This document shows, piece after piece, positions 7,743-17,475 of a stretch of DNA of 64,000 nt. Under the pieces are notes generated by a model, which was not told where the DNA came from, did not search any database, and worked only from the letters and a program-made list of their open reading frames with translations. This DNA is from an uncultured Candidatus Peribacteria bacterium (GTDB lineage: Bacteria; Patescibacteriota; Gracilibacteria; Peribacterales; Peribacteraceae), in contig CAZDKL010000001.1 in the NCBI GenBank assembly GCA_964506185.1, positions 23,196 through 87,195 of the forward strand, read 5' to 3'. The position numbers and the translations under genes are program-made. The stretch's first letter is position 1, and each line of letters opens with the position of its first letter.

Positions 7743-8717
7743 ATGTTGTCAATGACCAGACTTCTATATAATCCCCTTATGCTAAGGATTTTTGCTGTCT
7801 CCATCCTATTTTCCCAAACCTGTTTTGCGGCTTCGATAATATCAAATCCTGTTCCCGCTGACCTAAATCAGCTCAATCAAAGCATATCCGAAGAAGCCTC
7901 GCACGCATCAGTCGACTTGTCCGGCAAAGGAGCGGATCTGAAGATCAACTACTCTTCACCATCTCCCCTCTCAATCTACATTCTATTTTTGAATGACGAT
8001 GGATCGGTAAATCCGCGTGAAATAGTTTCCGCTGAACTACCGAAGGGAACGGCAGTTGAATCTCTGATACCCCTTTCACAAACCAGAGGCTGGTCTTGGG
8101 GCGAAAGGAAATACAAACTGCATTTTTTAACTGATAAAGGAGTCGTCCCGGCAATCAGCAAAGTTGAAATCAGCGGAAGCCCGTCGTTAATCGATGGCAT
8201 CAAACAATTTTTCGCACTTGAACCTTTCACTCCATCTTCTTATCACAGATTAAGCGGATACAAACTCTTTGGAATCTCGTTCACTCTTGCGCTGACTCTA
8301 ATCTTGATCATTCTTTTATTCTTCAGAAGAAAAAAGCATGTAATGAACGTAATTATCATTCTGATACTTCTATTTAACGTCCGTTTTTCAATGGACCTGC
8401 TCAGATACACAAAAATCAACTTAAGTTCCGACACATATTCAACCGCAGGCTCCGCATATCAGATTGCTGACTACTTTAAATCGAATGAAATTAATAGCAT
8501 CCAACTTTGTTCTGACGGAAACACTTACTTCCCGACTATTTTAAAGTACGCAGGTTATCCGTTATCAGTTAACTCCGAAGCTGATCATGTTTTAATTCGC
8601 AACGCATTCAAGTGGTCTTTCGAAAATGGAAATCTGACGTGCGGCGATCTGACAGCGCCAGCAACTCAAATCAGTAAGTTCCCCGATGGTTCAATTCTCT
8701 TTAAATTATCAAAATGA
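7743..8717 (+). CDS. hypothetical membrane-anchored/secreted protein
   Basis: Signal-like N-terminus (LRIFAVSILFSQTCFAAS) and internal TM segments. Its stop overlaps the next start (ATGA at 8714). Confidence 0.65.
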   Translation: MLSMTRLLYNPLMLRIFAVSILFSQTCFAASIISNPVPADLNQLNQSISEEASHASVDLSGKGADLKINYSSPSPLSIYILFLNDDGSVNPREIVSAELPKGTAVESLIPLSQTRGWSWGERKYKLHFLTDKGVVPAISKVEISGSPSLIDGIKQFFALEPFTPSSYHRLSGYKLFGISFTLALTLILIILLFFRRKKHVMNVIIILILLFNVRFSMDLLRYTKINLSSDTYSTAGSAYQIADYFKSNEINSIQLCSDGNTYFPTILKYAGYPLSVNSEADHVLIRNAFKWSFENGNLTCGDLTAPATQISKFPDGSILFKLSK

Positions 8718-9922
8718 TTTTTGCTCTGACCCTAATCGGCCTGATACTGGAAGGATGGCTTATCCTAGGGCTAATCGGACTGCCTAAAGGATGGCTCCGA
8801 TTCGCGCTTGCCCTGCCAATATCGGCGCTCACGTGCACATTGATAATTTTTGTACTGACTATATTCAGTATCTCTTTAACTCCTGTAAGCATCCTCGGAT
8901 TACACCTGATAACTATCATCATCTTAATATTAATCCCAAAACCTAAGACCAAACCCGAACCCGCAAACCTAAAACCGAATCTTCTTCTCCTACTATTACT
9001 GATCCCCGTATTTGTTTATAGCCTGACCCACTCCACTCTCCTTTCAACCTTCCACTACGACTCCGCAACCAACTGGAACATGCGATCGCAAGTTTCCTTT
9101 TACGAAAAACAAATCGTTTTTGATACGCAAGAGGGATTAATCAAAAAACCGCACTACCCATTCCTTTATCACTCGCTTCAGATAACAACACAGCAGCTTC
9201 AATCTGAATGGAATGATCAGTTAGCCAACACCATCCATTTTCTTTTTAACCTGAGCGCGCTTATAGCTCTCGCCCTGATTACTAAATCACTTCTCGCAAT
9301 AATTCTGATAGTCACAACTCCGCTTTTTGCAATGCACTTGGGTGGAGGTTACGCAGACATTACGCTGACGCTGTTTGCGTTACTCTCCTTTGCATCATAT
9401 TTAGAATTTAAGAAGTCTGACAATAAGATGTGGCTGATTCTTTCTGCAATATTCATAAGTGCATGCGTGTGGACTAAGAGCGAAGGGCTTATTTTATGTC
9501 TGATTCCATGGATCATAATGATTGGCATCAGAAAACCGGTACTAATCGCACTCGGCCTGTCTTTACTCTGGCCAATCTTCGCGATCTTTAAAGGCATACC
9601 TCTCTCTCCTCACGGATCAACTGACCTCAGCATAGGTTTGCAGGCAGGCGCATTCACAGAAGCTCTAAAAGTAATATTCATCTCCGGCTCCATTGGTCCA
9701 ATCCTACCTCTAGCTCTAGTCCTTACTATTATCCGAACCCGAAAACCGAAATCCGAAATCCGAAGCCTCCTCTTCCCCCTCCTCTCCCTCATCCTCATCC
9801 TCGCAATCTACACTCTGACTCCGAATGCTGAGTATCTTCTAAACGGCCAGTCGTTTGACCGCCAACTTCTGCTTCCAACCTCGCTTTTTATACTATCTTT
9901 TTTCTTGACCTTACCTGAGTGA
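8714..9922 (+). CDS. polytopic membrane protein, tentatively GT-C-like
   Basis: 402 aa with at least 10 TM segments and a WTKSEGL motif. Translationally coupled to the upstream gene. Low-complexity PKPKTKPEP and RTRKPKSEIR loops are encoded by ccgaaa-type word repeats. Confidence 0.6.
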   Translation: MIFALTLIGLILEGWLILGLIGLPKGWLRFALALPISALTCTLIIFVLTIFSISLTPVSILGLHLITIIILILIPKPKTKPEPANLKPNLLLLLLLIPVFVYSLTHSTLLSTFHYDSATNWNMRSQVSFYEKQIVFDTQEGLIKKPHYPFLYHSLQITTQQLQSEWNDQLANTIHFLFNLSALIALALITKSLLAIILIVTTPLFAMHLGGGYADITLTLFALLSFASYLEFKKSDNKMWLILSAIFISACVWTKSEGLILCLIPWIIMIGIRKPVLIALGLSLLWPIFAIFKGIPLSPHGSTDLSIGLQAGAFTEALKVIFISGSIGPILPLALVLTIIRTRKPKSEIRSLLFPLLSLILILAIYTLTPNAEYLLNGQSFDRQLLLPTSLFILSFFLTLPE

Positions 9923-9947
9923 GCAAATAAGCTCTCCCCGACGATTT

Positions 9948-9974
9948 CCTGATTTTAACTTTAAATCAGGTTTT
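9948..9974 (+). terminator. rho-independent terminator
   Basis: CCTGATTT-taacttt-AAATCAGG followed by TTTT, 26 nt after the stop at 9922. Confidence 0.55.
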
Positions 9975-9987
9975 ACCCGCGAATCGT

Positions 9988-10563
9988 ATGCCCCCTTCTG
10001 ACGACACCACAGTAACTGATGACTGCGTATACGAGTGCTGCGTGCTTTTGCCGTTTCCCCTTTCCCAGAAGGAAGAAAAGGATACTTTGAAGGAGATTGA
10101 GGGATATTTTGAGGAAGCCGGAGCAAAGCAAATGGCAAAAGATGTGTGGGGACGAAGAGGTCTTGCCTATCCGATCGGAGGACGAGAAGAAGGCTCCTTT
10201 GTGGTGTATCACTACGAGATGGATCCTTCAAAGGTAAAAGAGATAGACGAACAAATGAAAATTTCAACAACCATCCTTAGGCATCTCATTATCAAACCTC
10301 CAAAGGGATATCAGATTGCTAAGTATTCCGAGGAATATGAAACATGGCTCAAGGAACGCAAGACATTTAGCGAGCAAAAGGAAGAAGAGAAAGAAGAAAA
10401 GATAAAGCGCAAGGTTGCGGAAAAAGCCAAGAGGCAGGCAAAGAAAGTCGAGGAAGAGAAGAAGGCAAAAGCCCCGACTGTTCCCGAAAAGTCTGCAATC
10501 GAAGAAGATAAACTTTCCGAAGAACTGGAGAAGCTTATTTCCGACGACGAACTTGACATTTAG
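9988..10563 (+). CDS. rpsF: 30S ribosomal protein S6 with a long Lys/Glu-rich C-terminal tail
   Basis: YECCVLLPF..WGRRGLAYPI..GSFVVYHYEM..ILRHLII is an S6 core. About 80 extra charged residues follow. Confidence 0.85.
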   Translation: MPPSDDTTVTDDCVYECCVLLPFPLSQKEEKDTLKEIEGYFEEAGAKQMAKDVWGRRGLAYPIGGREEGSFVVYHYEMDPSKVKEIDEQMKISTTILRHLIIKPPKGYQIAKYSEEYETWLKERKTFSEQKEEEKEEKIKRKVAEKAKRQAKKVEEEKKAKAPTVPEKSAIEEDKLSEELEKLISDDELDI

Positions 10564-10589
10564 TCACCCTGAGCCCTGTCGAAGGGTGA
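10564..10589. repeat. REP-like GC hairpin (CCCTGAGC..GTCGAAGGGTGA type)
   Basis: TCACCCT-gagccctgtcga-AGGGTGA. The related sequence is at 50268-50304. Confidence 0.5.
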
Positions 10590-10603
10590 TAACCCGAAAT
10601 ATT

Positions 10604-10840
10604 ATGTTCCAACCATCTCAATCCAGACGCGGCGATCCCAGACAAAAGAAATGTCCATTCTGCGACAAGGGTACCAAGTACATTGATTACAAAGATTATC
10701 CTACTCTCAAGCCTTATACGGATTACTTCGGAAACATTCGACAGAAGTACTACACAGGAGTCTGCCTAAAGCACCAAAAAATGCTTAGAACAGCGGTACA
10801 AAGGGCCAGATTTATGGGTATGCTTGCTTACCGAAAATAA
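10604..10840 (+). CDS. rpsR: 30S ribosomal protein S18
   Basis: KKCPFCDKGTKYIDYKDYPTLKPY..YTGVCLKHQKMLRTAVQRARFMGMLAY. The start was set at ATG 10604; the upstream part of the ORF is read-through of the S6 tail region. Confidence 0.9.
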   Translation: MFQPSQSRRGDPRQKKCPFCDKGTKYIDYKDYPTLKPYTDYFGNIRQKYYTGVCLKHQKMLRTAVQRARFMGMLAYRK

Positions 10841-10846
10841 TTTTTT

Positions 10847-11596
10847 ATGTCAGGACATTCCAAATGGGCCAGCATCAAGCACAAGAAAGGAGCCGCTGAT
10901 GCGAAGCGGGGGAAGATTTTTACGCGCCATGCAAAACTGATCGAGATTGCCGCAAGAGAAGGCGGAAGCGGAGATCCCGGAATGAACCCTAGCCTTAAGG
11001 CTGCCATTGATAATGCAAAAGCCGAGAATGTTCCGAATATGAACATTGATCGCGCCGTAAAGAAAGGATCAGGCGAACTTAAGGGCGAACAAACAGTTGC
11101 AGTAACTTACGAAGCTTACGGACCCGGCGGCGCCGCTGTAATCGTTGAGTGTTTGACTGACAATAAGAATCGAACTTTGAGCTCCGTGAAATCAACCATC
11201 GAAAAGAAAGGTGGCAAATGGGCGGAAAGCGGATCTGTTATGTGGATGTTCGAGAAAAAAGGGATTGTAATTGCAAAAGCCGACGGAGAATTATCTGATG
11301 ACGTTCAACTGGAACTGATTGATGCGGGTGCGGAAGACTTTGAAACAGCTGACGGAACAGTCACTGTAACCACAGGCCCCGCGGATTGGCCAAAAGTTCG
11401 CGACGCGATTAAATCAGCCGGAATGGAACTGGAAGAAGCCGGAATGAAGTATGTGGCAAAACAATCAGCCGAGATTGCTGATGCCGAATCGGCAAAAAAA
11501 CTCATGAGCTTTGTAGAAGAACTGGAAGCAGATGAAGATGTATCTGAGGTGCACACTAATGCCGATATTTCTGATGAGGTGGCTTCTCAGTTGTAA
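10847..11596 (+). CDS. yebC: YebC/PmpR-family transcriptional regulator
   Basis: MSGHSKWASIKHKKGAADAKRGKIFTR..NPSLKAAIDNAKAENVP is a hallmark N-terminus. Confidence 0.9.
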   Translation: MSGHSKWASIKHKKGAADAKRGKIFTRHAKLIEIAAREGGSGDPGMNPSLKAAIDNAKAENVPNMNIDRAVKKGSGELKGEQTVAVTYEAYGPGGAAVIVECLTDNKNRTLSSVKSTIEKKGGKWAESGSVMWMFEKKGIVIAKADGELSDDVQLELIDAGAEDFETADGTVTVTTGPADWPKVRDAIKSAGMELEEAGMKYVAKQSAEIADAESAKKLMSFVEELEADEDVSEVHTNADISDEVASQL

Positions 11597-12618
11597 TTAA
11601 CAAAATACCGTTCCCTAACTTCATGATTCGGCATCCTGAATAATGCTTCCCAATCTTCAACGCTGTCTAAATCCAACCCCGCGGCAACCTCGTATCCTTT
11701 GCGATGTTCGACCAAGCGCAGTGCTTCTTTTCTGATTACTCTTTGCTTATCACGAATCGAAGACACCCTGCCATGATGTGAAGTTAAAACATCAAAATCA
11801 GGACTATCTTCACCTTCTCTTAATTTTCTTCTTTCATTTTGATATCTTTGTTCCAACTTGCCAATAAGTTCTCTTCCCATATGAGCGACTCTTCTGGCTT
11901 TTAACAACCTTCCTGCATACCATTCTCTATCAGGCGGTGCTGGATCTTCCAGATTCCAATGTTCAAATGTCTGGTTAAACATTCTCCTTCCAAGAAAACC
12001 AAAAAATTCATCTACATTTACATCGCTCACAGGCCTTACTGGTCTGTATGAAGCTGTTGTTACCTCCTGCTGCTGCCTGGGCTTAAACCATGCTTTCATC
12101 CTCTCAAACAAATTAGTGCCTGTGCGAAACTGTTTTGAAAATTCCTTTAGGCGCCCTCTCGGATCACGACTGGAAGGACACAACTGGTACCGCAAATAAT
12201 GCCCAACCTCTTCTCCAATAGATTCAAATAGTTCCGAGTTGGATGACAAGACATACTCAGAAATTGTAAGCGTATTTGTGTCGGGCTCATAAGTTCCATC
12301 AAGATTTTTGTCCTTTGAAAATTCAATGCGAGGCAATTTATCTTTATCAAATGGCAGATCATATTTTTGGCACATCTTATAAATTATCTTTGGAATACTT
12401 CTTGCCACAAAAGCCTTGCTCTCGGATAGTTTATCCTCCGATGCTACAGGCTCTACCTGAATTTGCGGATCATTACCTTCGCATTCTTGCTGACTTAAAA
12501 GCTGATTAATTGCCTCATTTTCAGACCTTGTGGCCTCTCCAACATTCCTTACTTCCTCAGGCGAATCTCTACCCTCAGGACAATCTAATACGTTTTCTGG
12601 ATTATGGTCTTCCGTCAC
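11587..12618 (-). CDS. hypothetical protein (343 aa)
   Basis: Long ORF with host-like composition and an acidic N-terminus. GEEVGHYLRY..DEFFGFLG is not a confident metalloprotease motif. Confidence 0.6.
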   Translation of the reverse strand: MTEDHNPENVLDCPEGRDSPEEVRNVGEATRSENEAINQLLSQQECEGNDPQIQVEPVASEDKLSESKAFVARSIPKIIYKMCQKYDLPFDKDKLPRIEFSKDKNLDGTYEPDTNTLTISEYVLSSNSELFESIGEEVGHYLRYQLCPSSRDPRGRLKEFSKQFRTGTNLFERMKAWFKPRQQQEVTTASYRPVRPVSDVNVDEFFGFLGRRMFNQTFEHWNLEDPAPPDREWYAGRLLKARRVAHMGRELIGKLEQRYQNERRKLREGEDSPDFDVLTSHHGRVSSIRDKQRVIRKEALRLVEHRKGYEVAAGLDLDSVEDWEALFRMPNHEVRERYFVNYN

Positions 12619-12651
12619 AATCTTTATTTTACCATATTGGAGCTATTTTGG

Positions 12652-15600
12652 CTATTCTACCTCAATCTGCCTAACAGCCCATTCCTTCTCTTCGCCTGAG
12701 CTGTCTTCAGTAATCAAACGAATAACAAACTCCCCAGCCCGATCCGCCTTCCAAACCCGCTTGTAAACGCCTTCGCCGGAGGTCAGATTTAGAAGAACAT
12801 CCTGTCCCGATATCACTCCTCCCTCTACTACAACTCTAACTCTTCTAAACTCACTTCCGAGACCCTGAACATCGGAATGAACATCGATTATTTCTCCAAC
12901 ACTTACACTTAGCGGACCCGAAGGCTTAATCAGACTTGGTCCTCCGGTTGACTCAGACGGAGTCACCGGAGCTGATGGTTTTGTGCCGCCTTTGCCAATT
13001 GTAATCGTGATTGAATCTTCCGCTTTATTCTTCGCAAGATCTTCTGCAATCACTTTAAGCGTATAAGTTCCGTCAGGAAGTCCGATTGTATACGTAAGTT
13101 CATATGGCTCTTTGGGTTTGGTTGAAAGCAAAGTGTCATCGAGGAAGAACTGAACGTACTTGATGGCACCGTCCGGATCATTTGCTTCCGCTTTCATAAA
13201 TACATCACTCTCTGACTTTATGCTGATGTCGCTCTTGGGCTTGATCAATCTGACCGTAGGCTTCCTTTTATCTTCGTCGAATCTGAATGAGACTGACTTT
13301 GTAATCTCATTGTAATATTCATCAACAAGAGTAACTGTAAGTGAATGAATACCGGACTTTTTGACTGAACGAGGAACTCTGATTGTTTTGTCGAACGGTT
13401 CTTCTTCTATTCGCGCAACGCGTTTGCCATCCACCTTGTACATAATCTCTCTGACCTTTGAGCCAACCGAGTGTTCTATTCTTGGCTGGAACGCAGGATA
13501 GGATGCGACTCCTCCTTGTGTTGGGAATTTGATAGTAAGTTCGGGTTTATTGAGTCGTCCTGGAGTCAAATCCAGACTACATTCTTCTGTTGGAGCGATA
13601 GGGAGAGTAATAATCGCACCTGAGTGAGTTTCATCTGCATACCAAAGCTCCATTTGCTTGCCGACCCATGCCTGAACTCCCTCTTCCCACTTTGGCCACC
13701 TCTTTGGAAGCAGGCTTTGTGCTACCAGGAATTGTCCTTCTTCCTGTGCTTCTTTGGGGCATTCGTCTGACGCCAAGAGATGAGTTAGCTTATCTACCGT
13801 AAGCTCCTTGCATGCAGGATCTTGCTTCGAAGGAGCATTTTCCTTAAGGAAGATATCAGCTCTTCGTAAGTGAACAGGTGTACATTCTGTTGCGAACTCA
13901 CCCGAAAGCATCGAGATCTGTGGTCTTACCACTCCATCAGGAGCTTCAAATTCTGTCTTTGGTGATTCAATCTTTCTGTGGGCACGCATCATGTAATCTC
14001 TCCAGATAGGACTTGCAGTATTTAAGCCCCCTGCTTTCTCGAACATTGCAGAGCTATCTGCATTTCCAACCCAAACTCCTGTTATAAGATTCGGGGTGTA
14101 GCCAACTAGCCACGCATTATCAGGTTTTCTGAGCAGGCAGGTATCTTCATCCTTCCATTCAAGGCACTTGTTGCTTGTGCCGGTCTTTGCAGCAGTCTGA
14201 TATCCGGGAATTGTCAGTTGCGTCTTCCAATACTCTTCCGGTCTTGCCCATTCATCACTCAAGATTGAAGTGATCTGATACGCAATGCGGTTATCCAGAA
14301 CCGTATCCGTCTTAACTGGAGACTCAGCCTCGTAAAGAATGTTTCCTTTCTTATCTGTAATGCGTCTGATGGGTACTATCGGAGCTGCCTCTCCGCCAGA
14401 AGCAAAAGTTCCATACGCTTGAACCATTTCTATTAAAGGAGTTTCTGCAGCACCAAGAGCTAACGGCCATCCGTAATCAAAACCGTCCTCTCGTTCCATC
14501 GCAAGCTCAGACTTTCTAACTAATGGAGAAGGTGCTCCCATGTCTCTTGCAAGCCTTAGAATTTTCTCCTCTCCTCCAGCAAGGAAGAATGTCTTCGCAG
14601 CGGGAATGTTTCTGGAAGCGCCGAGCGCTTGCCTCATAGTCATCAAGCCATTGAATAATCCATCGAAGTTCTGTGGTTCATTGTCACCGATCTTTGTAGG
14701 AACATCCCAAATGGGAGTTGCCGGACTGTACCCATGCTGAAATGCCGAAGCGTATATGAACGGCTTGAAGCTTGATCCGGGTTGGCGCGGAGCGTGAACC
14801 ATATCAATTTTTCCTCCGTGTTCTTTGTCTGAATAGTCCATGTTGCCAACGTACGCCATTATCTCGCGAGTGTTTGGATCCATGGATACAAGTGACATGT
14901 TGCGAGCGCCGAAACGGGTCAGAATATCTTCGCGATGGAACTCAATAACTTCTTCCGCTGCTTCCTGCATATCCCAATCAAGAGTTGTTTCTATGGTAAG
15001 TCCACCTTGCTCAAACAATCCTTCTTCCGAAGTTGCAGCAAACATCTTCTCAATCTCCTCTTTGATCCAGAGCACAAAGTGCGGAGCCCGAATATTCTCA
15101 CGAGTTGGTTCAAATTCCATGCTCTCTAATTCTTCGATTGCAGTAAGGCGTTCTTGCTCATTTATGAATCCCTGAACTTCCATATTTCGCAGTACTTGAT
15201 CCGTTCGTCCTCCCACATAAAGCAAGGAAGATCCCGTACCTGCATAATCTCCAAGAAGCCCAATCATCACTTTGTTATCGGGAATTTGCGAAGATTTTTT
15301 TATCTTCCCATCGATAACCTTCTGATGAACATCATCGCTTACCTCTGTGTGCAAATGCCTGCCATAAGGATTGAAATATGATGGGCGCTGAGGAAGAGAA
15401 GCCAATACAGCAGCTTGAGCAATGCTAAGATTCTTTGCTTCAATACCAAAATAAATATGGCTTGCTTGTTCTACCCCGTATGCATTTTGTCCGAATGGAA
15501 TCCAGTTTAAATAGAGTTCAATCAGTTCTTCTTTGTCAAAGCGCCTCTCAAGCTGACAACCAAGTACTACTTCCTTAAGCTTTCTGTTGTACTTATTGTC

Positions 15601-16110
15601 CTGGAATAAATTCAGAGAATTGCGAGCGAGCTGCCTTGTGATTGTAGAACCTCCTCCTGCTCTCCCCCAAAAGACAACCGCACGCATAATTGCCTTTATA
15701 TCCAGGCATCCCCTTTCGTAATACCTCTCATCTTCTATTGCAATCATTGCCTTCTTCATGTGATCTGGAATTTGATCGCCCGTCACATAAGTTCGATCTT
15801 CTTCCGAGAATAATCTGTAAAGCTCAACTCCATTCCGATCAGTAATAACTGAACTTTGCGAAGCAATAAGGCTGGCAGGATCATCTATATCCGGAAGAGT
15901 GATCCAAAGGAAACTCAGATACAGCAACACAAATACAGCAAACCCAATGATTAGCCTGCTGATTATTTTCTTTCTACCTCCGCTTAGTAGATTCTTGATT
16001 ATTTTTGCAATGAATGCACCGCCTCGACCTCTCCCGGCAGGCTTGCGCGGCCGACGCTGTTGGCGTGGCTCGGAGAACACAGAACGTGAAGAAAATCCGT
16101 TCGCAGACAT
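12652..16110 (-). CDS. bifunctional class A penicillin-binding protein (GT51 transglycosylase + transpeptidase) with C-terminal Ig-like repeats
   Basis: AIEDERYYER..GGSTITRQLARN (GT51), then SSFKPFIY (SxxK), SRN and KTGTS. The start was set at ATG 16110 (MSANGF..), upstream of the TM anchor. Confidence 0.9.
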   Translation of the reverse strand: MSANGFSSRSVFSEPRQQRRPRKPAGRGRGGAFIAKIIKNLLSGGRKKIISRLIIGFAVFVLLYLSFLWITLPDIDDPASLIASQSSVITDRNGVELYRLFSEEDRTYVTGDQIPDHMKKAMIAIEDERYYERGCLDIKAIMRAVVFWGRAGGGSTITRQLARNSLNLFQDNKYNRKLKEVVLGCQLERRFDKEELIELYLNWIPFGQNAYGVEQASHIYFGIEAKNLSIAQAAVLASLPQRPSYFNPYGRHLHTEVSDDVHQKVIDGKIKKSSQIPDNKVMIGLLGDYAGTGSSLLYVGGRTDQVLRNMEVQGFINEQERLTAIEELESMEFEPTRENIRAPHFVLWIKEEIEKMFAATSEEGLFEQGGLTIETTLDWDMQEAAEEVIEFHREDILTRFGARNMSLVSMDPNTREIMAYVGNMDYSDKEHGGKIDMVHAPRQPGSSFKPFIYASAFQHGYSPATPIWDVPTKIGDNEPQNFDGLFNGLMTMRQALGASRNIPAAKTFFLAGGEEKILRLARDMGAPSPLVRKSELAMEREDGFDYGWPLALGAAETPLIEMVQAYGTFASGGEAAPIVPIRRITDKKGNILYEAESPVKTDTVLDNRIAYQITSILSDEWARPEEYWKTQLTIPGYQTAAKTGTSNKCLEWKDEDTCLLRKPDNAWLVGYTPNLITGVWVGNADSSAMFEKAGGLNTASPIWRDYMMRAHRKIESPKTEFEAPDGVVRPQISMLSGEFATECTPVHLRRADIFLKENAPSKQDPACKELTVDKLTHLLASDECPKEAQEEGQFLVAQSLLPKRWPKWEEGVQAWVGKQMELWYADETHSGAIITLPIAPTEECSLDLTPGRLNKPELTIKFPTQGGVASYPAFQPRIEHSVGSKVREIMYKVDGKRVARIEEEPFDKTIRVPRSVKKSGIHSLTVTLVDEYYNEITKSVSFRFDEDKRKPTVRLIKPKSDISIKSESDVFMKAEANDPDGAIKYVQFFLDDTLLSTKPKEPYELTYTIGLPDGTYTLKVIAEDLAKNKAEDSITITIGKGGTKPSAPVTPSESTGGPSLIKPSGPLSVSVGEIIDVHSDVQGLGSEFRRVRVVVEGGVISGQDVLLNLTSGEGVYKRVWKADRAGEFVIRLITEDSSGEEKEWAVRQIEVE

Positions 16111-16199
16111 AAGCAGGTAGAGCGAGAGTATAGAGCAATGCAACAGAAACTAGAAACCAAAAACTTAAAACAGTTCAATATATGATATAATACCGATCA

Positions 16200-16532
16200 A
16201 TGAAAGTAGCCAAATCCGCCCTCTCTTCGATTATCCTGATATTGATTCCAATTACTGTATCTGCCCAGATCAAAGTTTGGGGGCCTGCGTCTGGCCTGAC
16301 CGCTGCAGGAGGAATAAACAACGTAACCAGTATGCTGATGAACACTGGTTGGTACGTGTGTACTGCAATTTTCATTGCTGGTGCATTCTTTTTCATTATT
16401 TCATTGGGAGCAGAATCCAGATCCGGCCTTGGTAAGGGCATGATGATAGGAGCAGTTATCGGGGCAGTAGTAATCGGAGGAGCCAGATTGATACTGAATA
16501 CGGTGATGTACTTTGTATATGCAAACTACTAA
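16200..16532 (+). CDS. small secreted/membrane protein (110 aa; VirB2/TrbC-like topology, tentative)
   Basis: Signal peptide ..IPITVSA-QIK followed by two hydrophobic helices. Confidence 0.5.
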   Translation: MKVAKSALSSIILILIPITVSAQIKVWGPASGLTAAGGINNVTSMLMNTGWYVCTAIFIAGAFFFIISLGAESRSGLGKGMMIGAVIGAVVIGGARLILNTVMYFVYANY

Positions 16533-16541
16533 GCCTTAGGT

Positions 16542-16661
16542 GTGTTGGGGGTCAAAAATGTAAGAATATTTGTTGTCTGATCAAGTTTTTGCAGTCGCTG
16601 GTCACGAGTCTCTTGACCCATGACCAATGACTCGTGACTCGTGACATGCGACCCCCAACAC
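16542..16661. repeat. compound inverted repeat
   Basis: A perfect 12-bp outer inverted repeat, GTGTTGGGGGTC (16542-16553) with GACCCCCAACAC (16650-16661). An inner pair is GGTCACGAGTC with GACTCGTGAC, with tandem tcgtgac words. Confidence 0.7.
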
Positions 16662-16733
16662 TTATTTCTCGTTTGCTCCAAAAACTCATCATTTTTTTCT
16701 TGCCACCATCATCTCTCGGTTATACTTACCACA

Positions 16734-17327
16734 ATGTCGAACATCGATCCGTCTCCGAAAGTACTCGAGCAGCTGGAAAGCTCCGAGGCTTTAAAAATGG
16801 CCGGACAGCACAAAGAGGCTTTGGAAATATTGGAAAAATTGCTAACAGAAGAACCGGAAAATGTTTCTGCACTGGAAGAAATTGCAGATAACGAATTGGC
16901 TTTGGAACATACCAATCGAGCTCATAAGGCTGCCAAGCAAGCAGTGGATTTGGATAATGACAGTTACACAGGACATTACATTCTTGGATTCTTGCACTCT
17001 CAAAAGGATAAATGGAATGAATCTTTGAAGCATTTGCAAAGAGCCAATAATCTTAAGCCGAATAATCCGGAGATACTTAGATGCCTTGGTTGGGCTCTGT
17101 TCAATAGCGGGCAAAGAACTCAGGGCATAGTTACCCTCGAAAGAGCATTGAACTTGGATAGCGATAATCCGCTGACTCTTTGCGACCTTGGTGTAACTCA
17201 TCTGCAGGTACAAAATTTCGGAAAGGCAAAAGCATTATTTACGAGGGCGCTGGATCTGGATCCGGAAAATGCAAGGGCAAGAGAATGCAGGGAGGCGGTT
17301 GAAAGATTGGAGAAGGCGGTAAGTTAG
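16734..17327 (+). CDS. tetratricopeptide-repeat protein
   Basis: Repeated A/L/Y/G-patterned 34-mers (ALEILEKLL.., GHYILGFLH.., LRCLGWALFNSGQ.., AKALFTRALDLDPEN). The start was set at ATG 16734. Confidence 0.75.
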   Translation: MSNIDPSPKVLEQLESSEALKMAGQHKEALEILEKLLTEEPENVSALEEIADNELALEHTNRAHKAAKQAVDLDNDSYTGHYILGFLHSQKDKWNESLKHLQRANNLKPNNPEILRCLGWALFNSGQRTQGIVTLERALNLDSDNPLTLCDLGVTHLQVQNFGKAKALFTRALDLDPENARARECREAVERLEKAVS

Positions 17328-17334
17328 CTACACT

Positions 17335-17431
17335 CAATTAACAATGAACAATTGACAATTGACAATGCGCAAGCGAGAACAAGCTTTGCGTCTCTTTAGA
17401 ATTGTCAATTATCAATTCTCAATTATCAATT
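17335..17431. repeat. word-palindrome repeat, CAATTGACAAT/ATTGTCAATT family, copy 1
   Basis: caattaacaatgaacaattgacaattgacaat, then a GC-containing core (gcgcaagc..gctttgcg), then attgtcaattatcaattctcaattatcaatt. Confidence 0.8.
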
Positions 17432-17475
17432 TTTCCAAGCGACATTAATAGCAACAACCGCATCTTTTACGTATA

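Noticed and set aside
10415-10603. N-terminal extension of the S18 ORF (MRKKPRGRQRKSRKRRR..)
   Set aside because: It is an out-of-frame read-through of the Lys/Glu-rich S6 tail. S18 homology begins at ATG 10604.
14540-15381. Short ORFs antisense to or inside the PBP1A, pheT, ahcY, ugd and other long genes (many entries in the track)
   Set aside because: They are nested within well-supported conserved genes, give low-complexity products and lack start signals.
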